Part shown: piece after piece, positions 1-11,953 of the stretch
How the letters are laid out: every line of letters starts with the position of its first letter
How positions within the stretch are numbered: the first letter of the stretch is position 1
Source of the DNA: Marsupella aquatica
Taxonomy: Eukaryota; Plantae; Marchantiophyta
Direction: 5' to 3'
Length of the DNA: 64,000 nt
NCBI GenBank assembly: GCA_973895155.1
Contig: OZ316899.1
Span: forward strand, 14,263,934 to 14,327,933
Program-made: the position numbers and the translations under genes
The notes under the pieces: model-generated
The model's database searches: none
Seen by the model: only the letters and a program-made list of their open reading frames with translations
What the model was told of the DNA's origin: nothing

Positions 1-280
1 ATGCCAGTATTTCATGGCTTGGGGGCGGCTGATGGTAGTTTAAAGTTTCCATGACTCAGTCTTTACATTCATGGAATTTTATACGTCTGTTACCCGAAGC
101 ATAAGGTTATGGAACACGTAATGCTTATGCAAATGATCGGGACTTTCCAAATGTGAGACCCACAGGATTTGAGGCAAACAAAACGCTCCCCGTTTTGGGA
201 AAGAGCAATGCTCGATCTCCGATCATAAGCAGATGCATTCACTAAATAGGCAGATACTTGATGCATGTACTCCCCCTATG

Positions 281-357
281 TAGTGTAGTGTAGTGTAGTG
301 TAGTGTAGTGTAGTGTAGTGTAGTGTAGTGCAGTGTAGTGTAGTGTAGTGTAGTGTA
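281..357. repeat. (TAGTG)n microsatellite
   Basis: About 15 near-perfect TAGTG units read directly; explains the spurious HYTTL-repeat ORF. Confidence 0.97.
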
Positions 358-983
358 ACCAAATGATCCCGACACCCTCCACCTTGGGCGCACTCCGACG
401 AACCAGTGGCAGTCCTCCATGTGTACCCCACAGGTTTTAGGTGTGGGTGGCCTGGGGTTCCTTTGACTGGGCCGTGCCATTAGTCTACTGTACCGGTCCT
501 GTGCTAGATTTATTTAATAAGCAGTCCGTTGACAGACTCGGCCTTCATGTCGGCCATGTTGAGCCTTCCCCGTGTACCTACGTTTGATGCCAGGACTTAC
601 CGTTGTCCGATGCCGATGCCGATGCTGGCCGGCTATGATTGGGCGTTGATTGTCCTGGTGCCGTCGATAGGGGTGGCTTTACAGGACGTTCCTTCTGTGC
701 TTGAGACATCTCCAAGAGCCGATGGATCTCCGTCAACTGCCTTTTTGTTTGGGCCTTTAGAAGTTTGTTGTCACCTTGTAATTGTTCCCCGCGGAATCCC
801 GCTATTGTCAGGCTTCCTCCAAGTCTGCCGCCATCCCGTGCTTCTTTGCTGTCAGAGCTGTGATCTCTGATCTAAACCCTGCCACCTTCCGATGGTGAAA
901 TTCGGTTTTCTCTTTCTTGGCCGCCAGTTCCTTTGCTTTAGCCCGGATGTCATCCAACCTCTGAACTGACACGGACTACTATG

Positions 984-1024
<41 letters not shown>
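984..1024. repeat. (CTA)n microsatellite
   Basis: About 13 perfect CTA units. Confidence 0.95.
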
Positions 1025-2176
1025 ATTATTATTGTAGCCGTTGGTGATAGACGACTTAATCCGGGACTCACCGCCCGTGACCCTGGAAGGTTGTTATGAT
1101 TGAGAGTACAAACATATCATTTGTGAAATGCCGATAGCCATTCCTTATAAATGTGTATATGCAAGGGAGGCATTTGGTTTCTGTACCCTAACCCTTTTTC
1201 CCCTATTTTCCTTTTGCACATCATGATTGCCTTTTCATATGTAAACCCTAAACCCTAAACCCTTCTTTTTCATTCACATTTCATGTTAGGTTTGTTTGTT
1301 AGTGTTTAGCATTGAGGGGCGGGGGGGAAATCAATCCTCTCCCTTTGTCTTTGTTGTCTCACTCTCCTGTGCCATTAGTGCTTTCCTTTCCCTTCGTGCC
1401 TAACCTAAATCTACCTGTTCCAATGGCAAATGTGAGGTCACGATTTATTTTATGTCTCACAAATATTGAAAGAATATAAAAAATAGCTTCCTTATTAGTC
1501 TGATATAGATAAGCTCAGCAATTTGAACTCCAAAAGTGCTCCCAACCCACTTTTGATGTTGTCTTGAAGGCCGCTACTTTGTATAGATCCTTGCGGGGAC
1601 GCTTTTTTCCATCCAAAGGCTTGGCAGAAAACTTATCTAGACGACCTAGAGCATATTAGATAATCATCATCTAAACAGTTGTTTAGGGTCTACCTCTACA
1701 CCGAGCTTATGGAGTTTGCAGTACTGTAGTATAACTTGGGAGTTTGAGTATGTATTGGCCCTAAACCCATTTCGAATGGCTCCTCTCCTCTCATCTATGG
1801 ATGAAACCTCTGGTATGTTTGGAAAAAAATAGACAATTTACATTGTGAGGTACCATCAAATATGAAAGATATCATTCACCAAATTTCTGAATGGTGCCAA
1901 CCAAAACAAATTTCAAGTTTCTCCCTGTTCCTTTGATGAACACATTTTATGTTTAGACGTGTGAACCATTCTGGAAAGGTACATCCAATTCAATAATGTC
2001 CACTATTGTATACTCTACCCTTCAGCTATGTCATCGACAAGATTGATTTAAAATTTCCATTTCATCCCTCGATATTATAGCATGTTCGTCCTACTACATG
2101 CCTAGTTTGACTTATCTAAAAGAATTGAAACGATCATCATAAAGAAGTTATGTGAGGAGACATTCTAATTTGACCA

Positions 2177-3029
2177 CACTCTTTACAGTATTTAGTGTCA
2201 CCCGTAATTTTTATAAAAATAAATTAAGATATTGAAAAATATTGATAATTAGAGGTGACAATGTGGTAACCCTAAATTGGAACCAACGACATCTCTTTGT
2301 GTGTATGTTCTTAGAAAGTGTCTTTGTGTTTTGGCGTGTCAGTCTTTGTGAAAGGATTTTGACAGATTGATAAACTATGTCAAAATGAAACTAGTAATTA
2401 ATCTGCATCTCCTTTGGCTTATCCTTGCTGCTAAATGCTACATGATAAATGAAGACCCAAAAAACGTGGGGATTGGGACAAGGGTCACATCTGGGAAATT
2501 GATAAAGCCAAGCAAAGATTGGTTTTTGCCATTGCCATTGGCAAGGGTGGCAAGGGAATCTATAGCTGAGATGAACAATTTTGTTGACAGACATGGCATG
2601 TCTTATGCACAAAATTCAATGATAAGCACCGATTTGTCTCTGTGTCAACTTACACCTGAGCTTCAGAATATCATAGCAAAGTATTGAGTGAATTTTGAAG
2701 GGAGTCGAGATGACCTTGACATTGATGCTAATGTTGAAGTTGCTCCTGAAGTTGGTGAACCAGGTGAAGAGCCAGCTGAACCCACTTCTCAATGTTTTCC
2801 CAATGTTTGTCTGAGTAGTAAATTTTGTTAACTGTAATCAAATATAATGCACAGTTTTTAATTTTTTATAAGCACATTCTCATTATTGTCCATTCTATGT
2901 TTTTAAACTTATTTTGCTTGTGACCACAATTATTGTCATACCATAGTGTCACACACCCTAATTACCGTCACTTACCTCAAATCTAACCTCACATTAATTA
3001 GAGTGTGAGTCTAATTACTGTAAAGAGTG
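2177..3029 (+). mobile_element. Non-autonomous Tc1/mariner (pogo-like) TIR element remnant
   Basis: Inverted termini CACTCTTTACAGTATTTAG (2177) and CTAATTACTGTAAAGAGTG (to 3029), followed by TA (left flank reads CA). Internal peptide ..YAQNSMISTDLSL..QLTPELQNIIAKY*VNFEG resembles the C-terminus of pogo-type transposases. Confidence 0.7.
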
Positions 3030-3755
3030 TAGTTTATGAAAAAAACGAATGAAAGAAAGAATGAATGAAAGTTAATGAAAAAACTACACAACTCTTCAAA
3101 AGCGAGAAAGGTACAATACATTAGGCACTTTATGATTCAAAGAGAAGGGCTTGAACTTTGTGCTTTTCTAATTTTCTGCTCAAATTCGGGCTCTCTATTT
3201 AGGTGATACCTATTGATGAATAAACCATGATCAATGTAAATTTTATATCCAATGGCATATAAGGTGCACTCATCAGTAAATAGAACACTAGTTGCTTGGT
3301 TGAAGGGTCGAACCTTCTCATGCAAGTAAGGAATATGCCCCTCAAAATGATAAGTAAAATATAGGGGACCTGATAAAAACTAGGAAATGAAAAAAATTTA
3401 AGTGACTAAATTCCAAACAGTACATGACTAAAGCATGGACTAGGCCTGATTAACATAAAAATACATTTCAATTCAATGAGACAAGAAAGCCAAATAGTGT
3501 CCCTACCTATATACCCTATATATCTCTATCTCGAAACCATCAACGAGATTGATCTCAAATTTCCATCTCATCCCTTGATAAAACCTTTCATGCTTATAAT
3601 TGCTCGAGAAGCTTTTTGATGGAGGTTTTTCAATGAGCCTAGCATTTCAATGAAGTGTTTAGGGTTTAGGGTTTTCCGAATCAGTGTACCCTTATTTGAA
3701 AGCATAGTAGTGTTGAGGGTTTAGGGTTTATAGATTGATTTCAACTTTCCCACTC

Positions 3756-3757
<2 letters not shown>

Positions 3758-3804
<47 letters not shown>
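3758..3804. repeat. (CT)n microsatellite
   Basis: Perfect CT run. Confidence 0.95.
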
Positions 3805-3807
<3 letters not shown>

Positions 3808-4683
3808 GAGCCTCTCGTTGGTGGATTTAGGGTTTAGGGTAACATCAAGTCCCAAGGGTTTAGGGTTTTCATTTTCCCTGATGTTTTCATTTTTTTAGGT
3901 TTCCGATTACCATTAGCCAAGTACGGGATGAATTTTGGTCGTTTTACGACTAGTTTAGCTGGATTAGGGTTGGGTATAGCTGTTTTACCTTGTGTTACAT
4001 CAAACATGATGGGGGTCCATGAAAGAAGGAGCTTGCCATGCGGGTCCATCAAGAAATTTAGAAACTTGCCACCATCCTCATACTAAACCAATGGCCTAGT
4101 CCAATTGATGCTTATCATCATACTTGTCGTTCCGGACATCCATCCTTGCTGGACTACGGAATGTCCAACCCGCCCTACACGACTCCCACGCATAGCCCTG
4201 GTTGATGACTACTATAGTCCTGTTCGGGTTCACTACCAAGATCCATGTCCTATGGGTTTTCCGGTGACAAAATGGACCGTAAATGGCTGTGTTTCAGCTG
4301 GCTTAGACTTTGGGGCAAACCACCTGCTGTGCGCCCTCTGTTTCGTGCCACGTTTTCATTGTTGTTGCCCACCGTCCTAAACCCTAAACTGTAAACCCTA
4401 AAACCCTAAACCCTTGAATCCCCACTGTTATACCGGCGGTGTGATGGATCCTTGTAGAGCATTGACAATTGGGCATGGCCCTTCTTCGCAGCCCAAGCCT
4501 CCAGCCATTGCAGCCGAACGACCCCATGGCCTGCATCACAATTATCTGTAACGTCCTTTTGTGAAGCGTTTTCCACTTCTTCCCTACCATCTTTCATTGC
4601 ATTGGTATTTTTGCGTCAATAGTGCACAGTAGAAGATTGGTAATAACTCCCTAAACAAGACAATTAGGAATTCCTTGGAAATG

Positions 4684-6815
4684 TTTTTTTTTCATGATTT
4701 TATTAGATAGTGACCACGAAAACCCCGTGGCAAGGAAGAACAAAAAGAGTGATCCCATAACACACAATCAACCACCCCACCTGGAGTGCGGCAACAACAA
4801 GATGTGATGAAAGCCTAGAGCCTAGGCTGTCAATCTCAAACATAGGGATCTCAAGACAAGCAAACCCCATTGGCCAGAGAAAGTCCTATCTAGATGTAAT
4901 CCAGATCTGTTGGCTATTCAACCAAACTATTCTTTCCTGTATAAGTATCTCCTTCACTCGTAGCAATCGTGTATGTCGTCTACTCGGGGGCACACACAGG
5001 CCCACCGTCGATGCATGGTCAGCAGCTTCTAAGAGAATAAAGCGAAGATCGAATGTCCTAAAGCCATTGGCCTGAAACACGTGCGCATTCCTACTCTGCC
5101 ATAAGGACCATAGAATCTGATAGAACATAAATAGCTTTGCAATTGTGCCAGGGTCTTCCTTAGCAGTGAGAAGCAACAGCTCAAGTATCCTATCCGCATC
5201 TCGGGGGGGTCACTTCCATGGAAGTGGCATATCATGTGCGACGAAGTATAGGGCCATTTAAATGGTTTTGGCGGAAGACTTATTAAGTCTTCTATGGAAA
5301 TATAGGGTTGTTTAATTGCAAAATGCATACGTGTCATCACATGATTGGTGTGGTACAACTTTTTAGAAAGTAAGTTAGGGGGGTCATAAATGACCCAAAC
5401 CGTCGCACGTGATGTATGACCCTTCATATAGTGACCCCCCCGAGATCCGCATAATCAGTAAAGGTACCTGCGAAACACGCTGTAGCTAATGACCAACATC
5501 TCTTGGCATGAGTACATTGGGAGAAAAGATGGGGGATAGTTTCTACTGTTCCACTGCACAGTTTACAGTACCCTTCTCCTTTGTCAATGCGCTTGGCTCG
5601 CACCCCGGTAAAGAGACCTGAAGCCAATATCCTCCAAATAAATGTCTTAGCACGGGAGGACAGATCAGAGCTCATCATGCAACCATCTATTGCGCTGACC
5701 TTCCGTAAGAACTCCCTGCAGCAAGCTTTCTCAAACAAGGTGAAGCCTCGGAGGTGTTCTAGCTGCTCATACAAATTGCGCCATTCATTCCGTTCAGTAG
5801 ACCATAAGTCTTGGATGCCTCTTATACCCAGTCGGCCACACAGCACAGTAATGACCTCAAAATTAGTGTTGGGCCAAGATTGGAAACCGATGAGACAGCG
5901 GAGGGTGTCCGTGGTGTTCCACCTGCCAGACATTGTGTCAGTGGGAGCAAAGATCAGGTGGGAGCGAAGCTGTGCCCACGCTTTCCACAAGCCTCCAGTA
6001 TATGAAAGTCCATTAAAGGACCGAGGGCTACATAATAACATCTTGTCCTGAAATGAGTACTTATTCCTACGTATCCACTTATAGTTCATCCAACCCACGA
6101 GTTTCAGATTTTCTGCAAAGAGACAGGCCCATTCAGTATCAGGGCTGTCCATAGCTCCAGTGAACCATTTGGATAATAAAGCATCGGAGTGGCTGCAAAA
6201 ATCCTTCAGCCCGAGACCCCCCAACAGCGTAGGTCTGGCCATTCTGGCCCAAGAGACAACCGGGATCCTCTTGCCCCCCGCCGGATTGTATCCCCACAAA
6301 AAGACCCGACAGAGCGCTATCATTTTCTTTGCGAGTCCCTCAGATGCTCTTAGAAACATGGAGTGGTAAATGGGGATAGCCTATAAAATGTGTCTAACCA
6401 GGAGTGTGCGACCTGAGAAGGACAGCAATTTATTCGCCCAGGAGGATAAACGGCTGCCTATTTTGTCAAGAACAAATCGATGCAATTGATCCATCTTCAA
6501 GTCCACCCCCAAGGGGGCACCAAGATACTTTTGTAGCTCTCCTTTGTGGCTAATCACACAGCCTGTATTCGACAGCCACCTCGGAATCGTATTCATTGCC
6601 AGTGGGATAACAATGGATTTCCGTAAATTGAGTCTTGCTCCAGTTACAATTTCATAGCAATGCAAGACTGATGTGGCCATTTCAAAGCTCCTCAGTGTGG
6701 CAGGGATAAACATTCCCATGTCATCCGCAAAAGGCCTATAACAAGTTGTTAGCTCATCCGAGATTGTTATCCCCAGTAGTCTTCCAGCCTCAAGCTCAGC
6801 GTCCATGAGATCCAT
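4684..6815 (-). mobile_element. 5'-truncated L1-like LINE: RT C-terminal half, zf-RVT, poly(A) tail
   Basis: ORFs 6381-6815 (PFADD, KYLGAPLG, LLSFSGR), 5424-6359 (GGLGL; zf-RVT C-x2-C..ETIPHLFSQC) and 4886-5176 (WSLWQSRNAHVF). On the minus strand AATAAA at 4699-4704 precedes A9 at 4684-4692. Removing the MITE at 5200-5444 restores the frame (TDYAD-RILELLLLTAKED). Confidence 0.92.
5200..5444. mobile_element. MITE, 245 bp, 15-bp TIR, 8-bp TSD
   Basis: TIR CTCGGGGGGGTCACT / AGTGACCCCCCCGAG. Perfect TSD ATCCGCAT at 5192-5199 and 5445-5452. Confidence 0.9.
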
Positions 6816-6819
6816 GAGA

Positions 6820-8260
6820 GGTTGAGTGGAGATAACGAAGAAGAGCGTATTGAAAAGGCGTATCTAAAAGATCAGTTGGTGGCTTTACAGAAGTGGAAGG
6901 TGACGGAAATCAATCGACAGAACAAACAATTGGCTCTGACAGAAAATTCGAAGAAGAAAAGTAGTGGTGATAAGGTCTGCTTCATATCTCTTGGCCTCTC
7001 ATATCTCATACTACAATAGATTCTCAAGGGAGTTTCTGATCGTATTGTGGTGGACCCGTGATTGTTTGCAGCGGGGATACAGAGCTTACATTTGGAATGT
7101 CAACAGAACTTACAACAAGTCAAAAATGCCAAGCTAAAGTGGGTACAAGAGAATGAATTGGATTCAATAGGGAGATAAATGCTCTAAACTATAGTTTAAT
7201 TCTTTCAAAGATAGAGCTAACGCCATTTAATTAGAAGGCCTGTATGACATTCAGGGTCAAGTGCAGAAGGATTGGAATTCTATGGCACAGATCGCTGCTT
7301 TCTTCTAAAACATTCTCCGATGGACGAAGAGTTGAATAAGATCCTGGATAAGGTGTCTACATAGATCATTGCTGAAGAAAGAGCGGGCTTGGAAGCTGAG
7401 TTGTCTCTGGAAGAATTAGTTGCTGCTACGAAAGCCCTAGGAAAGTACAAATCCCCTGGTCACAATGGGATTTCGGGCACATTTAGGGCCTATATTACTT
7501 GCAGGAATCAAACATGGTGTTCAACAGGGGGCAATTCAGTAAGTATTGGTTGAAGGGATTAATCATTCTCCTTATGAAGAAAGGGGATGAACTCAAAATC
7601 AAAAATTAACAACAGACCCATTTCCTTGTTGACGGTTTTTTACAAAGTGGGTACTTAAAGTGTTTCAACTCAAGACGGTTCGAATCCTAATCAAATTATC
7701 TTGCATCAACAGTACGCCTATCTTCCCGGTAGATCTATCCATAACACCTACTCACTAATAATACCATGCAACTCCATGTCTTCCTCGGATCCATATGTGT
7801 GCCTCAAATTGGATGTCACTAAATCCTTTGGCAGTGTGCAATGGTTGTTCATTGAGAAGTTGTTCATTTGAGAAGCTGATGGATAAGATGGGATTTGTGG
7901 TGTTCTTTATTGGCTTCTTCCGGGCCATTACTTGTAATGCGTCGTCTGCCATTATGATTAATTAATGGACGAGTTACAAAATCTTTTGCCATCACAATTA
8001 TATCCGCCAGACAAGGATGCCCGATATGTCCATTATTCTTCATTTTGGCTATTCAAGGTTTGGATGGACTTTTAACGGAGAAAATCTCTGAGGGACTATT
8101 ATCCGGTGTACGCTTCAGGTAGGTGGGTTCACAGCTTGCACATCAATTGTATGCAGACAACACTTTGGTTATTGTGAAGGGAAATCGTGATAATATCAAT
8201 AGATGTAAGGAATACTTTGATGCTTATGCTGTGGCATCTGGTTTAGCCTGTGACTAGATC
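6820..8260 (+). mobile_element. Heavily degraded LINE RT fragment (second family)
   Basis: Broken-frame motifs KSPGHNG, QQYAYLPGRSIHN, LKLD, RQGCPICPLFFILAIQ, HQLYADN. Confidence 0.8.
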
Positions 8261-8289
8261 TTTTTTTGGATCTTTTTTGGCAATGTCAA

Positions 8290-10902
8290 AGCCACGGGAA
8301 AGTTGTGGCACTTCAGATTGGGTCACATCATGAGTGAAAAAGGTTTGGTTATTCTTCAGAAAAAATGATTATTATTTACTTTCTAATTTAAGTTAGAATT
8401 CTGTGAGCATTGTGTGCTTGGAAAGCAACACAGGAAACCCTTTGGAGTTGAAACTCACACCAGCAAGGAGGTACTTGAGTATGTACATAGTGATGTGTGG
8501 GGACCAGCCCCTACTCCCTCACATTCTGGATGAGTTTACTATGTGACGTTCATTGATGATCATTACTCAAGGTATGTGTGGATATATACTTTCTACACAA
8601 TAAGTCTAATGTTTTTGGCACTTTTAAGGAGTGGAAAGCCCAAGTTGAGAATCAGACTGGTAACAAGGTGAGATTTCTTCTATTGGATAATGGCGGTGAA
8701 TACGGTTCTGATGAATTTGGAATGTATTGTAAGGAGCAGGGGATTACACACCATCTCACAACAAGTTATACTCCTCAACAGAATCATGGTGTTTTTTAGA
8801 GGCTCAACCAAATACTATTGGAGCGCTCAAGGAGTATGTTGAGCCAATCACTTACCACATGAATTCTGGGCAGAAGTTGTCAATACTGCAGCTTATTTGG
8901 TAAATTTCTCTCCATCCAGTGCAATTGGATTCAAGACGCCATTTGAAATGAGGTACAAGCATCATGCGGATTATTCACATCTGAAGGTTTTTGGATGTGA
9001 TGCTTATGTGCTTACACCTACCCAGCTTCAGTCTAAGTTTGAGTCCAAGTCAAGGAAGTGCATTTTTTCTTGGATATCAGAAAGGCGTAAAACTTAATGT
9101 TATATAGGTTATGAGATCCAGTAACCTCTAACTTAATTAGTTGTCAGTAGAGATCTTGGTAGAGATGTTTACTTTAATGAATCCAGATCATCAAAAGGAG
9201 GGGGAGAGTTATCAGGGCTCCCATACTGACAAGGGAAAATCTCCTATCCCGGACCAGGTTGGGGGGGGGGGTGATAAGTCATGATGATGTTCATGATAGG
9301 AGAGAAAGAGATGCTCCAAGTATGGAGCTAGTTCCTATGATGGAACAAGAGCCGGAGCATGCAGATTGATGTTGGTGTACCTCAAATTCAGCCAGCAACA
9401 GCAGAACATCAGGCGGCCTAAATCATCTATTAGAAGAACTTCCAATCGTTCTACTAACTAGAGCTCCTACCAGGTATGGACAATGGGAAAATTCATCTAA
9501 ACTAGCTAGATGTTGACATTGCGCCTGACGATGATCATATGGCTTCTGATCTTGGAAGAAGGAGAGTCTTTTTTGTATCATGAGGCAAGTGCTCCAAAGC
9601 TTGGGGGTTTCACTCCCACAAAAATGACATATCACATGCTACGAAGGATAGGGTCATTTTCTTGGTTCTAAGGAAAGACTTAAGAATTTTTGCAGAATAA
9701 CAATAGGGTATTTTTAATTCAATTTTGAGACTTACAAGAACCCGGGATAAGAACATTAGGGTCTTTTTAATCCAAATTTTAGAATATTCTTATAGGGGTT
9801 AGAAAATAAAAACATTTCTTGCAGTTTAGGGGGTCAAAACATCGCAGGTGATGGGGAGGTCCCCATATAGTGAGACCCCCGAGCTTCAAAGCAGAAGCAA
9901 GAGTGGACTGCAGCAATGCAACTGGAGATGCAGTCACTGAAGGACAACAAAACTTGAGGGTTGGTCAAGCTTCTTGAAGGTCAGCAAGTGGTGGACAGCA
10001 AGTGGATTTACAAGTTGAAGGATCAGTCCACGGGAGGTGGGACCAAAGGTGTACAAGGCTAGGTTGGTAGCCAAGGGATCGATTCACACAGGAGAAAGGT
10101 GTGGATTATAATGAGGTCTTCTCACCAGTTGCTAAGTACTTTACAATACAACTATTGTGTGTACTTGTTGTTTTATTTGGTCTGCTACTAGAGCAAATGG
10201 ATGTTGTCATAGCTTTCCTCTATTGCACCTTCAGTTGGAAGAGGTGATCTTCAAGGCAGTGGAATAAGCGGTTTGAAGATTGGATCCGTGCATAGGGTTT
10301 TCATAGGAGTGTGTTGGATCCTTGTGTGTATCTTAAACCGGTGAAGAATGTTGTCTTTGGTTTCATCAATGTTTTAGTACTTTATGTCCAGGATGACATG
10401 CTTATTGCGGCCAAGGATAGATCTGAGATTGTTAAGCTCAAGGCTCTGCTCAGTGCAGAGTTTAAGACGAAGGACTTAGGGCCAGCTAAGAGGATTTTGG
10501 GTATGGAGATCATTAGGGACATACGTGGAGGCTGGTAAGCTATGGTTGACGCAGAGCAATTATGCAAAGAAGATAATTGCAGGGTTCAACATGGGGATAG
10601 CAAGCCAGTAAGTACCTCGTTGGCTCCACACTTAAAGTTGTCAAAGGTTCCTTATGACAAGGCAGTGGGGAGTCTCATGTATTTGATGACTTGCACTAGA
10701 CCTCATCTTGCCATGGCTATGGGAAAGGTGAGCAGGTACATTATTGTTTAATTCAGGGAAGGTACACTGTGAAGCTGCAGTGAAGTACTTGAAGGGAACT
10801 GTGGATCATGGCCTTTTGTTTGATGCACATGCAGCTGATAATATGAGATCATTGATGGGATATGTAGATGTTGACCATGCATAGTATTTGGGTTGGATGA
10901 GG
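8290..10902 (+). mobile_element. Ty1/copia element A (Tork/Tnt1-like), degenerate pol, 5' part
   Basis: LWHFRLGH, CEHCVLGKQHR, VHSDVWGP, DNGGEY, YTPQQN, YKARLVAKG, VGSLMYLMTCTRP, GYVD. Many stops and frameshifts. gag and 5' LTR are absent. Continues at 48940. Confidence 0.92.
9600..9883. mobile_element. MITE, same family as 5200-5444
   Basis: Termini CTTGGGGGTTTCACT / AGTGAGACCCCCGAG. 8-bp TSD CTCCAAAG (9592-9599) / CTTCAAAG (9884-9891). Subterminal sequence is shared with the first copy. Confidence 0.8.
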
Positions 10903-11797
10903 TGTGACACGGGCAACGTGTCACTTAACCAAATGCAGGTCATAGATTAGGATTTATACGGTCATTAGGACCGTAGCCATAGCGTAGAATAGCACGAATA
11001 GCCGTCTTTGCCATTATGAATAGATTAGGAGTAGGTTAGTTGACCAAATGATTACAAATTAAGGAGGAGGATTATTACGCTCGACCGAGGTACGGTGGTG
11101 GCGGCGAAGTAAAAATCTGTTAGGAGAATCACGCTTGGACCGAGACGCCGACTTCAGCTCATTATCAACGACCAAAACGGCCTTGCCCTCTCACGCTCGA
11201 GCTCACCCTGGCACCCCTATAAGAGCAGAGTCGATGGCGTTGTGGGCCATTTGCTCATTTCTACCTTTCGGGATTCATGGACATTGCCATTCACTCTCAC
11301 CTCTGGCTCAAATCAAGCTGACCTTTACAAGGAAATTATCAAGGAATAAGAGCGGATTGTGGCGAGATTTAGTCAGGGCGAGTAAGGCCTCCACCAGCAA
11401 GCGGACTAACCGGGCGGGAGCGCGGACTCGACAAACCAGACTATAGAGGTTAGTATGACCCTTACAGCCTTGGGATTTTGGACCTTGTTTGGCGAGGTTG
11501 GTGCTAAACTCTCCGAGACTTACTAGTACTCTTGCCCCGAGAAAGCCGCTTACGAACGAAGATACGCGAAGTTGGTGGCCAAAGTAGCACAGGTTAACTG
11601 TGAGAAGACGGCCATCACCAGGGATTCCAGTTACAACAAGCTACGGGATAAATCAGCGAGGAAGGGTTCAGATCGGTGGCAGAGATCAGCCTATTTATTA
11701 AAAGTGTATTTTCTTTTGTTCACAAATCAGTCCTGAAATGTACACTTTACGAAGCCCAAATGTACACTTTATAGGCCAAATCTTATTAGTTTTATAT

Positions 11798-11953
11798 TAT
11801 TATATTATATTATATTATATTAATTATAATAGTATTATATTACTTATTAGTTCACAAAGAACCATGGGATAGAGATCATACTTGTAAAAACATTTCTGCA
11901 CAAAGAAGCCCAGGCAAGGACCATTGATTGATAATGTGTGAAAATAATTATAT
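11798..11953 (+). repeat. 156-bp direct repeat, copy 1 (copy 2 at 14728-14883)
   Basis: Identical by eye, offset 2930 bp; brackets the non-autonomous LTR element. Confidence 0.93.

Noticed and set aside
1500-4620. Minus-strand coding remnants around the pogo-like element
   Set aside because: Too decayed to assign.
4684-8260. Twin-priming 5' inversion of a single LINE
   Set aside because: The geometry fits, but the two pieces overlap in the RT ADD region with clearly different sequences and decay levels, so they are two families.
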